Positions 34,349 to 43,722 are shown, counted from the stretch's first letter. The stretch is DNA of 64,000 nucleotides from Alphaproteobacteria bacterium (GCA_017403085.1 JAFQOQ010000006.1:832-64831), one strand, 5' to 3'. The notes: a model not told the origin generated them from the letters alone. Numbers and translations are program-made.

Positions 34349-34696
34349 ATGGAAACTAATACGCAACCAAAACTCATAAAAGTACATTCTCTTATTGAAG
34401 AAAGAATTTTTATTGATAAAAAATACCCTGAATTTGTTTTATTATCACAAAGTACAACCAGTATTACGCAAAATGGCAAAGAAATAACTTGTGATGTCCT
34501 AATTGGTCAAACCAATGAAGGGGTAAAAGAATTTTGGTTTGATATATCATCTTTTTATGGTCAGGCAAACAGCATGTCTACATCAAATTACATTTTTGGG
34601 AATCAACAGAGAAATACAAACAAAAACTACATTGGTCCGGCAATCTTTTTGGGTATAATTGTTGTAATAGTTATTGCTGCGTTAATCAACTCATAA
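34349..34696 (+). CDS. tail-anchored small hypothetical protein
   Basis: 115 aa with SD aaaggag. There is a single C-terminal TM (IGPAIFLGIIVVIVIAALI). I recognise no family. Confidence 0.55.
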   Translation: METNTQPKLIKVHSLIEERIFIDKKYPEFVLLSQSTTSITQNGKEITCDVLIGQTNEGVKEFWFDISSFYGQANSMSTSNYIFGNQQRNTNKNYIGPAIFLGIIVVIVIAALINS

Positions 34697-34713
34697 ACAA
34701 TTAGAGATTACGT

Positions 34714-35928
34714 ATGAAACCAGTAATGCCAGAACGGTTTAAACAAGATTTTGATAATATACAAGCAGAAATACAGAGCTTATACGACAAAAAATCTGCG
34801 TTGAATGAACCATTTCGATATGTTTCCAATTTTAGTTTATATGATAAAGAACCCCCAACTTTTTCGTTTAATTTTATTGGGGGATGGATAATTGCTTTTT
34901 ATATATCGTTAGCATCTTTGATATTTACATGCGCTGATTATATTGAATCAGATACAAGGCTACCACTATCTCTATTTGTTATCGCTGTTATTTGTTGTTT
35001 AACTTTTCTTATGCGTGGGATAATAAAAGAAAAAGAACAAAAAAAATACGAAACTAATGTAGAAAAGTGGAAACTGCTAAAACCTCAATTTGATAAGCTA
35101 TCTTCGGATATACAAATAAAACATAGAGAGTTGCGTGCATACATTGCAAAATTGTATCGCTATATACAAATACATCGTGATAGAATACGAATAAATGGTA
35201 TTCAGATGCGCCGACTTTCATATTATCACAATCAATATATTTCCCAAACTGGTAAATATGCAGAAAATTGGGAAGATGTCGTAGAGATTATTTATTCGAT
35301 TCTATTTGGTGAAACAACTGATGTTACTTCGACTAATGTTACAGAACAGACACATACTCCAAAAACACAAACAAATCAAAACAAAGAACAGAAAATTGAT
35401 GATGCACTTCGGCATATGAGATTAGAAATAAGCAATCAAATTGATAAAATTGCTCCAAATCTAGCTATCGAAAAGAAATATGATTTAAGAGAAGCTCTTG
35501 TACGAATTAAAGCATTTGATAATATAGATTGGTTAAGCAATATTGGGTATTCAGAAAATGAAATTCAACAAATTGCAGCCATACTGGAAGTCAAAGAGCA
35601 AAAACGTCTTGTCAACCATAAAACTTTTGAAGGACGTATTTCCGCTAAAGACAAAGCACAGATAAAAGAAACACTAGGTTATGATTGCATGGCATGCGGG
35701 ATGAATATGGCTAATACGTATGGAGAATATGGTAAAAATTATATAGAGCTACACCATAAAATACCATATGCCAATATGGAAGAGAATGATACAAGAACAT
35801 TATCAATTTCTGATTTTGTGGTTTTGTGCCCTAATTGTCACAGCATTATTCATCGATTAAATGATGCTGGTGATGTAGAGTTATTAAAAACCGTAATTCG
35901 ATTAAACTTAAAGAAACCAATTCCCTAA
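34714..35928 (+). CDS. membrane-anchored HNH endonuclease-domain protein
   Basis: 404 aa with two N-terminal TM segments (GGWIIAFYISLASLIFTC, LSLFVIAVICCLTFLMRGII) and a coiled-coil-like middle. The C-terminal HNH domain reads CMACGMN...IELHHKIPYANMEENDTRTLSISDFVVLCPNCHSIIH. Confidence 0.7.
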   Translation: MKPVMPERFKQDFDNIQAEIQSLYDKKSALNEPFRYVSNFSLYDKEPPTFSFNFIGGWIIAFYISLASLIFTCADYIESDTRLPLSLFVIAVICCLTFLMRGIIKEKEQKKYETNVEKWKLLKPQFDKLSSDIQIKHRELRAYIAKLYRYIQIHRDRIRINGIQMRRLSYYHNQYISQTGKYAENWEDVVEIIYSILFGETTDVTSTNVTEQTHTPKTQTNQNKEQKIDDALRHMRLEISNQIDKIAPNLAIEKKYDLREALVRIKAFDNIDWLSNIGYSENEIQQIAAILEVKEQKRLVNHKTFEGRISAKDKAQIKETLGYDCMACGMNMANTYGEYGKNYIELHHKIPYANMEENDTRTLSISDFVVLCPNCHSIIHRLNDAGDVELLKTVIRLNLKKPIP

Positions 35929-36063
35929 ATCGTTAACATGCCTTTCACAGATTCAATTTCTTCGCCGATTTCCATAAAATCCTGATACAAATCAGTTCGC
36001 GGATTGCACGCTAAGCACAACCAGAAATTCAAACGCCCGAATGGGCGTTTTAATTTTGGTTTG

Positions 36064-36133
36064 TGGTGCGATGGTTCGACAATGAGTAAGCGAGAACAAA
36101 CAAAGTGTGGTTCGAGTGCTAACGAATGCCCCA
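36064..36133 (+). other. degenerate tRNA-Gln-like remnant
   Basis: A 70-nt stretch, TGGTGCG...AGTGTGGTTCGAG...TGCCCCA, has the same length as tRNA-Gln positions 1-70 and shares its ends and T-loop (AGTGTTGGTTCGAA...TGCCCCA), but it has no foldable arms. Confidence 0.3.
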
Positions 36134-36227
36134 CAGCCGACACTCGTGCCGAGCGAGGGAATCAGCCGTGACCAACCAAAGTTTCAACCCGTCGAATGAC
36201 GGGTTTTTTACTTGTGCAGATGTGGAT

Positions 36228-36977
36228 TTATTCCCGGGTGTTTGTGGATTGTTTTTGTAAAATGATTCCATTGACAATTTGTTTAATGCGTGATGGGGCG
36301 ACGAACAGGTTGGGTGTATAATCCAATGCTGTCAAAAAAAGTTTTTGGTCTTGTCTGATTTGTTCTATGCCACCACTGGTTTTTTTGGTGGTTATAAAAT
36401 ATTTAATGTCTTCGGGGTGAAATCTGGATGTGACACCGATTAGTAAATCGTCTGCATCTTCTAAACTTGTTACGGGGATGTCGGCCAGTATGGGATTTAA
36501 TTGCTTGATTTCGCGGACCATGTTTTTAATGGAAATGCGTGCCTGGGCCACGTTTTTTGGGTCTGTAAAATATGCAATTATTTTTTGCTTTTCTGTGGGG
36601 CTAAGTTCGCCGGTTATGTTGTTTAAAGAATCTAAATGTTGCTGTTTTTCTGCGTCGGTTGCATCGGGAATATGTTTGTACATGGTGTCAATATATCGTG
36701 CGGGATCTTCGATGCGCAATGGCCGAAAGTAGGCCAAGTAATACATATTGTTCATTATCTTTTTTTCATAATCGGCCTCGGAAATTCCATCGGGAAATTT
36801 ATACTGATATGAAATTGGACATGCGGGGGTAAAACCGTCTTCTTTTAGCCAACGTTCAAAATTAACGGCAGATGACCAATGGCCGTTTTGAAATATGGCC
36901 TCTTTATCAAGTATGTTGCATATTATTTTTAGGATTTTTGTAGCGTCGGAAAAATTTTTGTTTGTTGTTGTTTGCAT
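36228..36977 (-). CDS. hypothetical cytoplasmic protein
   Basis: 249-aa ORF with ordinary composition, no signal peptide, and no family I recognise. Confidence 0.55.
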   Translation of the reverse strand: MQTTTNKNFSDATKILKIICNILDKEAIFQNGHWSSAVNFERWLKEDGFTPACPISYQYKFPDGISEADYEKKIMNNMYYLAYFRPLRIEDPARYIDTMYKHIPDATDAEKQQHLDSLNNITGELSPTEKQKIIAYFTDPKNVAQARISIKNMVREIKQLNPILADIPVTSLEDADDLLIGVTSRFHPEDIKYFITTKKTSGGIEQIRQDQKLFLTALDYTPNLFVAPSRIKQIVNGIILQKQSTNTRE

Positions 36978-37026
36978 TTGCGTCCCATGTAACCAGTGTT
37001 AGAAAAATCTGGTTTGATAGAATTTA

Positions 37027-37872
37027 TTATTCGTCCAATGCCAGTATAAAGATGCCTAACTTGTTGGCTTGTTTAATTACTGCGGGTTTATTTACGACGA
37101 AACATGTTTTTGTATTTACAACAATTCCGCGCAGGTTTGCCGCTGCAACGGCATTTACCGTATCAACACCAATTGCCGGAATGTCAATGCGTAAATCTTG
37201 GCCAGGTTTTGTCATTTTTGCAAAAACACCACTGCGACGTTTGCGTGATTGACGCATAGATACAACGCGTTCCAGCATTTTTGCAGTGCCTTCGGCGGCT
37301 TCGACTGCGATTACCTGTTTATCAACCACCACAGATGCGCCGATGTCGGCCATGCCGATTGTATGTGATACCTCTATCGCGCGTTCAATATTTTTTTTGT
37401 CGGATGCGGTTGGTTTGGTTTTGGTTTGAACGCCCGCAGTTTCAAAGGTCAGTTCGGGCGCAACATCTTGGGCGGCGATAATTTCAAAACCTTGTTTTTC
37501 TAGTACTTTATTTAATGCAACTGCCATGGAATCGTACCCCCGTTGATGTTTTATTATTTTTAGTAATGCACAAAATGTCCAAAAATCTGGACGTATGTCA
37601 GATAAATTAACGTGTCCCAATGCGCCAACAAATGTTAATTTGCGGATTCCGCGACGACGAAATTCGCGTATGGCGCGACCACCGCCCCCCAGACGAACAA
37701 CCATTTCGGGCGCCAAACGTGGGTCATAAAAATTTTTTAGTCCAACCACAAATACGTCCCAGCCTGCACGACGTAGTGCGTCGCGTGTGAAAAACGGCAG
37801 GTCCAATGCGCCGGCGACTAATGCGATTTTTTTATCTGTTTTTTCCTGTTTCATGATATAAATGGTACGCAT
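37027..37872 (-). CDS. lpxI: UDP-2,3-diacylglucosamine pyrophosphatase LpxI
   Basis: KKIALVAGALDLPFF...RAGWDVFVVGL at the N-terminus and DLRIDIPAIGVDTVNAVAAANLRGIVV near the C-terminus fit LpxI (DUF1009). The start could instead be the ATG at 37854. Confidence 0.7.
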   Translation of the reverse strand: MRTIYIMKQEKTDKKIALVAGALDLPFFTRDALRRAGWDVFVVGLKNFYDPRLAPEMVVRLGGGGRAIREFRRRGIRKLTFVGALGHVNLSDIRPDFWTFCALLKIIKHQRGYDSMAVALNKVLEKQGFEIIAAQDVAPELTFETAGVQTKTKPTASDKKNIERAIEVSHTIGMADIGASVVVDKQVIAVEAAEGTAKMLERVVSMRQSRKRRSGVFAKMTKPGQDLRIDIPAIGVDTVNAVAAANLRGIVVNTKTCFVVNKPAVIKQANKLGIFILALDE

Positions 37873-37940
37873 AAATCAGACTGGAATCAAGTCGCAATTT
37901 ATGATAAACTGCTATTAAATATATAATATGGGTTAGATAG

Positions 37941-38711
37941 ATGAAAAAAATATCATATGTTGGATGTCTGGTTGTGTTGTTGTCGGCTGGGGTGGCAAAT
38001 GCTGCCTATGACGCTGATAAATTTCAGGGCGAAATTCGCGAAGGGTTGGATTTAATTGGCGCGCGCGCGACAATCAATGATGTGCCAGATGTGGCGCCAG
38101 GGGAACTGGGGCGCGAGGTTTATGAAATCGTAGATGCCGCGGATACATACGGTATGCAGGTGTTTGTGCCAACGTCAATGTATGTACGCATGGGCGGTGG
38201 TTTGAATTTGGGCTTTGCCACGGACAAGGCGGCGTTTATGGGCCAAGAATATGAATCTTCGGGCAGTTATAGTACCCAGATTGGTCTGGGGTGGAATTTG
38301 TCATCCTATGTCAGGACGGAAATAGATTTTCAAGAATCTACATTTAAATTTTCTGATTTGAATGATATGCAGGCAACGTATCAGACCGTTGGTGGGACGT
38401 TGTATTTTGATTTTGCACGTCGTTATGTTCAGACGGGTGATGTGACGCGTCGGCGTACGTTTGTTCCGTTTATGGGACTGGGGGTCGGTGTTGGCATGTA
38501 TGAATTTGAAGGCGCAAATGGTGCCGACGGTGTTGTGATTGCGGCACCGCGTGCAACACTTGGGTTTAATATAATGTTCAGTGATTTAATCGGGCTGGAT
38601 ATTGCGTACCAATATCAAATGATGATTGGTAATGGATTTGGTTGGGGTGTGCGCGCCGGTGGGGTGGATAACATCAGCAATATTATGGCGTCACTGCGTG
38701 TGAATTTCTGA
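37941..38711 (+). CDS. outer-membrane beta-barrel protein (Omp25/porin-family-like)
   Basis: Signal MKKISYVGCLVVLLSAGVANA, alternating amphipathic strands, and a terminal ..ASLRVNF (C-terminal Phe). Confidence 0.65.
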   Translation: MKKISYVGCLVVLLSAGVANAAYDADKFQGEIREGLDLIGARATINDVPDVAPGELGREVYEIVDAADTYGMQVFVPTSMYVRMGGGLNLGFATDKAAFMGQEYESSGSYSTQIGLGWNLSSYVRTEIDFQESTFKFSDLNDMQATYQTVGGTLYFDFARRYVQTGDVTRRRTFVPFMGLGVGVGMYEFEGANGADGVVIAAPRATLGFNIMFSDLIGLDIAYQYQMMIGNGFGWGVRAGGVDNISNIMASLRVNF

Positions 38712-38726
38712 TAGGGGAATGTAAAA

Positions 38727-39380
38727 ATGAAGACTGCAAAAATATTATTTGTAATTTTGGCAATGATGCCGGTTGTGGCAGATGCGGCGATTCCATATCG
38801 CGTACAGCAAACAAAAATGCCGGTGCCAGAAAATGTATCTGGTCATGCTTCTGAGGCATTTGCCCGTCTGCAGCGTTTCTATGTTGGTGGTGCGTATAAT
38901 TTTGCGATGTGGCAAAATGGGGCGGATGATGTTGTGTCGATAAATGGGAAAAATACGTCTAGTTTTGAAGTCGTTGCTGGTTTGCGCATATATGACACAT
39001 TTAGATTAGAAGCCAATTATCTGAAAACGCGTGCCGAATGGAATAAGATGTCGTTTGATGGCGATACGTTTTTTGTAAATGCATTGATTGATGCGCGTAT
39101 TGATAATATGTACAGATTGTTCCATAAGCAGATGCTGGTGCCATATGTTGGTGTTGGGGCTGGGTTGTCGTGGAATTCGGCCGATGATGGATTAAAGATT
39201 GATAATAAAATTACACCTGTGGCGGCGGCGTTGGCGGGGATTGCGGTTGAATTTGGTTCGCATTTTGCGCTGGATTTTGGGTATAGATATTTTTATATGT
39301 TTGAACCAAAATTTGATGTAATTTCAGACTATAATCCGGCGGCGCATCAGTTCCGTGTTGGGGCGCGTGTGAATTTCTAG
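38727..39380 (+). CDS. outer-membrane beta-barrel protein (paralog of the preceding gene)
   Basis: Signal MKTAKILFVILAMMPVVADA. Shared motifs with the preceding gene are VPYVGVGAGL versus VPFMGLGVGVG, and the ending VGARVNF versus SLRVNF. Confidence 0.65.
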   Translation: MKTAKILFVILAMMPVVADAAIPYRVQQTKMPVPENVSGHASEAFARLQRFYVGGAYNFAMWQNGADDVVSINGKNTSSFEVVAGLRIYDTFRLEANYLKTRAEWNKMSFDGDTFFVNALIDARIDNMYRLFHKQMLVPYVGVGAGLSWNSADDGLKIDNKITPVAAALAGIAVEFGSHFALDFGYRYFYMFEPKFDVISDYNPAAHQFRVGARVNF

Positions 39381-39387
39381 GATTAAT

Positions 39388-40314
39388 ATGAAAACTTGTC
39401 CGTTTTTTGGAATTTGCGGCGGCTGTAAATTAGATTTTACGGGGGCTGATTATCGCGAACAAAAATTAAAATTATTAGACGGATTGAATATAACAGGCGC
39501 ACCGGTTTGGACAAATGTCGGTGTGCGTCGGCGTGCGGACTTTTGTTTTGCAGGGAATCAATTTGGTTTTTTTGAGGCCGGAACAAAAAATATTGTACCT
39601 GTGCGGAATTGTCCGAATTTAACCCAGGCGATAAATGATGTGCTGCCTATGTTGGCGGGGTTGCCATGGGGTGGGGCGGGTTCGTGTCTGGTGACGGATT
39701 GTGAAAATGGGGTGGATGTTGTGATTACATCAAATGTATCGTATTTTACCCCAGAATTTAAAAAGGCAGCAGAAAAATTGCCCGTGATAAGAATTGTGTG
39801 GAATGGCAAGGTATTAAAACAGACCGCGCAGCCGGTTATAAAATTTCAAGGCAAGGCCGTTGATTACCCCGCGGGGGCGTTCTTGCAACCAACGGTTGAT
39901 AGCGAGGCCGCAATGCGTGATTTAGTTGTTTCGCATGTCGGTGATGCACGACGGGTTGCAGATTTGTTCTGTGGATTGGGCAGTTTTACGTTCGCAACCA
40001 ATGCGACGGGATTTGATATTGTTGGGTGCGGTATAACGCGCGATTTGTTTAAAAGTCCGCTGACGGTTGGAATGCTGAACCAATATGATTGTGTGATTAT
40101 GGATCCGCCACGTGCGGGGGCGTTGGCACAATGCAAGGAACTGGTTCGGTCAAATGTTGGGCGTGTGATATATGTGTCGTGTAATCCCCAGACATTTGTT
40201 CGTGATATGAATGTACTGATTCGTGGTGGATATAAATTAGACACGTTGATTCCGATTGATCAATTTGTGGGCAGTAATCATTGGGAATTATTTGCTGTGT
40301 TTGTACGCGAATAA
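39388..40314 (+). CDS. class I SAM-dependent RNA (uracil-5) methyltransferase, RumA/TrmA family
   Basis: An N-terminal Cys cluster (CPFFGICGGCKLDF), the SAM motif DLFCGLGSF, and the C-terminal VIYVSCNPQTFVRD...IPIDQF..SNHWE. Confidence 0.75.
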   Translation: MKTCPFFGICGGCKLDFTGADYREQKLKLLDGLNITGAPVWTNVGVRRRADFCFAGNQFGFFEAGTKNIVPVRNCPNLTQAINDVLPMLAGLPWGGAGSCLVTDCENGVDVVITSNVSYFTPEFKKAAEKLPVIRIVWNGKVLKQTAQPVIKFQGKAVDYPAGAFLQPTVDSEAAMRDLVVSHVGDARRVADLFCGLGSFTFATNATGFDIVGCGITRDLFKSPLTVGMLNQYDCVIMDPPRAGALAQCKELVRSNVGRVIYVSCNPQTFVRDMNVLIRGGYKLDTLIPIDQFVGSNHWELFAVFVRE

Positions 40315-40392
40315 AAAAGAATTTTGTTGCAAATAATATATTGTTTGCTTATAAATGGGCATAAGGGAAGAACCTGTTAAAAGGAGAATTTT

Positions 40393-43300
40393 ATGTCCAA
40401 TATTAAACATTTGGCGGATTTGGTTAAAATCTGCAGCGTTTTACCTGTTTTTGTGGCAGTGCCTGCATTGGCGTCCGAGACCATACAGATTACAGCGGGA
40501 AATACATATCGTATTGTCGATGATGTTATTTCTGGGGCGGATGTAGAAGGCGCGATGTATAGTGCGGCCGGTGCCCCGGAATATGTAAAAGATACGGATT
40601 TGGCACAGATGTATATCACTGGTTCTAAATTTTCTGATAATAAAACGTCATGGGATGATTATGAAGTTGGTGTGTTGGCAGCGCGTAAAAATTCTAAGAT
40701 AACAGTTCGTGATTCTGAATTTATTGGTAATAATGCAGATTATTATTCGGCAGTTACAAGTGCAACCCATGGTACTAATGTCAAGGGTGGCGAATTGGAT
40801 ATTAGGGGAACGACATTTAAAAATAACTCTGCCTTGGCGGGTGGTGCCGTTGGTGGATTTTCGATATCAACATTTGATGATGTTCATTTTGTTGGGAACA
40901 AGGCAACAGACGCAAGTGATGGTGGTGCGGGTGCTTTGTTCTTGGGTTCGGTTTCAAAAACAAAGATATTTGGTTCAGAGTTTAGTAATAATGAATCTGC
41001 ATCAGTTGGTGGTGCGATTGCGATGCGTTCTACGGCCGAAGGTGATAATAAATTGGCCAAACTGGATATCATTGAAACAGATTTTACTGGAAATAGTGCC
41101 GCAACACAGGGTGGGGCGATTTATTCGACATTCTATGACAGCGAAAATGTAAAAGACGCAGTGTATCTGAATGATGTGGATTTTGTGAAAAATTCTGCCA
41201 AAGAAGGTGGTGCTATTTACACTGTGAATAGTAAAGACAAGAGTGACAATTTAGCATCTATGCGTATTGTTGGTGGGGATTTTGAACACAATATCGCAGA
41301 TGTGGCGGCTGGTGCCATTTGGAACGGCAGTAAGTTAGTGATAAATGACACGGACTTTGAATATAATACATCCGCAGATTATGCAGGTGCGATTTATAAC
41401 AAGGGTTCTTTGTCAATTGATGGTGATGTGGATTTTGTTGGTAATGCCAGTGCAACAGGTGGTGGTGCGGTTTATAATGGTTATAAAGCAACTATAAATA
41501 CGTTAGATGCGGATTTTGTATCAAATTATGCCAAAGGTGATACGTCATCGATTGTGTCTGGTGGGGCGCTTTATAATGGTGGAAAAATTGCGTCGGTTAT
41601 TGGCGAGTTTAAGAATAATTCAGTAATCGCATTGGGCGAAGATGCAACATCAAAGGGCGGGGCGCTGTATTCATGGGCAAATCGTGCGGAAAGCGCGTCC
41701 ATTGATTCTATTGTCGCAGATTTCTTGGGTAATAAAGCCAGCAGTTTAAATGGTGCGGAAAGTGTGGCGATTGGTGGTGCGATTGTTAATGACGGTATTA
41801 TTGGCAGTTTGCGTCAGTTGAAAAATGGCTTTATGAACAATACTGTTGATGCTGGGTATATCGGATACGCTGGTGCGCTGTATAATAGTGAGTTTGCTAG
41901 AATAGGCGAATTGGTTGCTGATTTTACAGGAAATTCCAATAACAGTATCAGTTGGGCCATGGGTGGCGCTGTGACAAATAAAGGTAATATTGAATATTTG
42001 TCTGGCAGATTTGTGAATAATGGTGCCATGGCTAAAAATGATTATGCATTGGGTGGCGTTATATATAACAGCACAAATACAGGCGAAGTCGGTACGCTGG
42101 CAGAAGTCACAATTGCGGATTCTGAATTCCGTAATAATTATGTGTCTTCTGGTAGTGCGGATTTTGCGTTTGGTGGTGCGATTTATAACGACATTGAATC
42201 TGTTGTTAATTTGTCGGGTGTAAATACGTTTGCGGGTAATATGGCAAATGGTATTGCAAATGATATTTATAATGACGGTGATTTGAATGTTGTGTCTGGG
42301 GTGACAACCATTGATGGTGGTATCACAGGCGAAGGACAATTGACAATTGCAAATGGTGCCAAGTTGGATATTGGTACAACTGCGCTGGAACAGGCATCTG
42401 TGACAGTTGATGGTGTGTTGGCTATGTCTTTACGAGATGCAACCACGTATGCCAAAATTTTAACAGATGATTTGAAAACACAGGGCGATGGAAAGTTGTT
42501 GTTCGCGATTGGTTCGGTTGGCAATTATGATGTCTTTCAAAGTGATGTGGATGTCAATATTGATGCCGGCAGTGTTTATGACGTGACAAAAGATGGCACA
42601 AGTATTGTTGTTAAAACAAAAAAGGCCGAAGTTGTTGCGGCAGAATCTGGTATGAAGGTTGATACGGCAAGTACGTTGGTCGCATTGGCAAATCATGAAA
42701 ATGAAAAAATGCGCGATGTATCATTGGCGTTGCAACGTGCGTTGGTGTCTGAAGATGTCGCAAAGGTTCAGAAAGAAGCAGGTAAGTTAAAACCAGCTGA
42801 AGTTCCAGTTGCGCAGTCTGTTGCAACAAGTACCCAGGGACAGGCGATGACATTGGCTGCGGGCCGTATGTCTGGGTTTGGGGCCATCGGCAGAAATGCA
42901 GGTGATGCAAATATTGACTATGGATTCTGGGGACAGGGACTGTTTAATAAATCCAAAAATGCAGATAAATTTACGGGATATACACGTGGTATTGCATTGG
43001 GATTTGATGCCCAGGTTAATCATGATTTCTTAATCGGTGTTGGTTATACATATAATAACACTGATATAGATGTAAATGATCGTGATACCGATATCGACAG
43101 TAATACATTGTTCTTGTATGCGCAGTATAAGCCAACACAGTGGTTTGTTAATGGTACGGTCAGCTATACCATGGCGGATTATACCGAAGATATTAACGTC
43201 GCGGGTGTTGGGTTAAGTGCCGACTATAACGTTGATTCGTTTGGCGCCCAGGCAATGATTGGGTATGATTATGCGACGGGATTAACACCAGAAGTTGGCG

Positions 43301-43683
43301 CGCGCTATATGCATGTGTCACAAGATACGTATAATAATGGATTTGCAGATATTAAATCCAAAGATGTTGATACGTTATCTGGTATTGCGGGATTGAAATA
43401 TGCATTTGAAATTCAGTCAAATTCGCAGCTGAAATGGCGCCCAGAATTGCGCGCGGCGGCCACGTATGATTTTGTTGCTGATGATGCGTTCGCAACAATT
43501 GTAATCCCGGGAACAAATCCATATACGGTTATGTCAGAACGTCTGTCGCGTTTTGGTGGTGAATTTGGTATCGGATTGACCGCACTGTATAATGGTGTTG
43601 AATTATCTTTGAACTATGACCTGGATTTGCACGAAGATTATACTTCGCAGACAGGTATGGCACGGTTCAGATATGAATTCTAA
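40393..43683 (+). CDS. autotransporter with polymorphic-membrane-protein (Pmp) type repeats
   Basis: An AGGAG SD and a signal peptide are present. There are about 17 repeats of F-x-x-N ... GGA[IVL][YF] (FTGNSAATQGGAIYS, FVKNSAKEGGAIYT, FRNNYVSSGSADFAFGGAIYN...). The C-terminal ~280 aa form a beta-domain ending ARFRYEF. Confidence 0.85.
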   Translation: MSNIKHLADLVKICSVLPVFVAVPALASETIQITAGNTYRIVDDVISGADVEGAMYSAAGAPEYVKDTDLAQMYITGSKFSDNKTSWDDYEVGVLAARKNSKITVRDSEFIGNNADYYSAVTSATHGTNVKGGELDIRGTTFKNNSALAGGAVGGFSISTFDDVHFVGNKATDASDGGAGALFLGSVSKTKIFGSEFSNNESASVGGAIAMRSTAEGDNKLAKLDIIETDFTGNSAATQGGAIYSTFYDSENVKDAVYLNDVDFVKNSAKEGGAIYTVNSKDKSDNLASMRIVGGDFEHNIADVAAGAIWNGSKLVINDTDFEYNTSADYAGAIYNKGSLSIDGDVDFVGNASATGGGAVYNGYKATINTLDADFVSNYAKGDTSSIVSGGALYNGGKIASVIGEFKNNSVIALGEDATSKGGALYSWANRAESASIDSIVADFLGNKASSLNGAESVAIGGAIVNDGIIGSLRQLKNGFMNNTVDAGYIGYAGALYNSEFARIGELVADFTGNSNNSISWAMGGAVTNKGNIEYLSGRFVNNGAMAKNDYALGGVIYNSTNTGEVGTLAEVTIADSEFRNNYVSSGSADFAFGGAIYNDIESVVNLSGVNTFAGNMANGIANDIYNDGDLNVVSGVTTIDGGITGEGQLTIANGAKLDIGTTALEQASVTVDGVLAMSLRDATTYAKILTDDLKTQGDGKLLFAIGSVGNYDVFQSDVDVNIDAGSVYDVTKDGTSIVVKTKKAEVVAAESGMKVDTASTLVALANHENEKMRDVSLALQRALVSEDVAKVQKEAGKLKPAEVPVAQSVATSTQGQAMTLAAGRMSGFGAIGRNAGDANIDYGFWGQGLFNKSKNADKFTGYTRGIALGFDAQVNHDFLIGVGYTYNNTDIDVNDRDTDIDSNTLFLYAQYKPTQWFVNGTVSYTMADYTEDINVAGVGLSADYNVDSFGAQAMIGYDYATGLTPEVGARYMHVSQDTYNNGFADIKSKDVDTLSGIAGLKYAFEIQSNSQLKWRPELRAAATYDFVADDAFATIVIPGTNPYTVMSERLSRFGGEFGIGLTALYNGVELSLNYDLDLHEDYTSQTGMARFRYEF

Positions 43684-43712
43684 AAAAATCCCCCGTTTGG
43701 GGGATTTTTTTA
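43684..43712. terminator. bidirectional intrinsic terminator
   Basis: A7 run, atccccc-gttt-gggggat hairpin, T7 run, between convergent genes. Confidence 0.75.
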
Positions 43713-43722
43713 TTGTGATATT

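Larger units (their letters stand above)
34081..36187. mobile_element. putative decayed integrated islet at the tRNA-Gln 3' end (no integrase present)
   Basis: A 16-nt direct repeat, CCAACCA[T/A]AGTTTCAA, occurs at 34081-34096 and 36172-36187 (15/16 identical), and each copy is followed by a terminator hairpin. The interior is visibly AT-rich and carries two orphan genes. A tRNA-like remnant lies near the right end. Confidence 0.35.

Noticed and set aside
35925-36143. 72-aa minus-strand ORF
   Set aside because: It spans a + strand terminator hairpin and the tRNA-like remnant. It has no SD and odd composition.
36040-36210. Possible tmRNA (two GGTTCGA T-loop-like motifs, terminal terminator)
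   Set aside because: There is no G:U-containing alanine-type acceptor stem, no foldable T-arm, no ...CCACCA end, and no plausible tag-peptide reading frame. A decayed tRNA-Gln copy explains it better.
28971-36977. Shared RFHP[DE]D hexapeptide in 28971..29705 (GIRGRFHPDD) and 36228..36977 (GVTSRFHPED), suggesting two related genes flanking the tRNA hotspot
   Set aside because: The similarity is limited to 6-7 residues with no extended alignment by eye. That is too weak to claim homology without a profile comparison.
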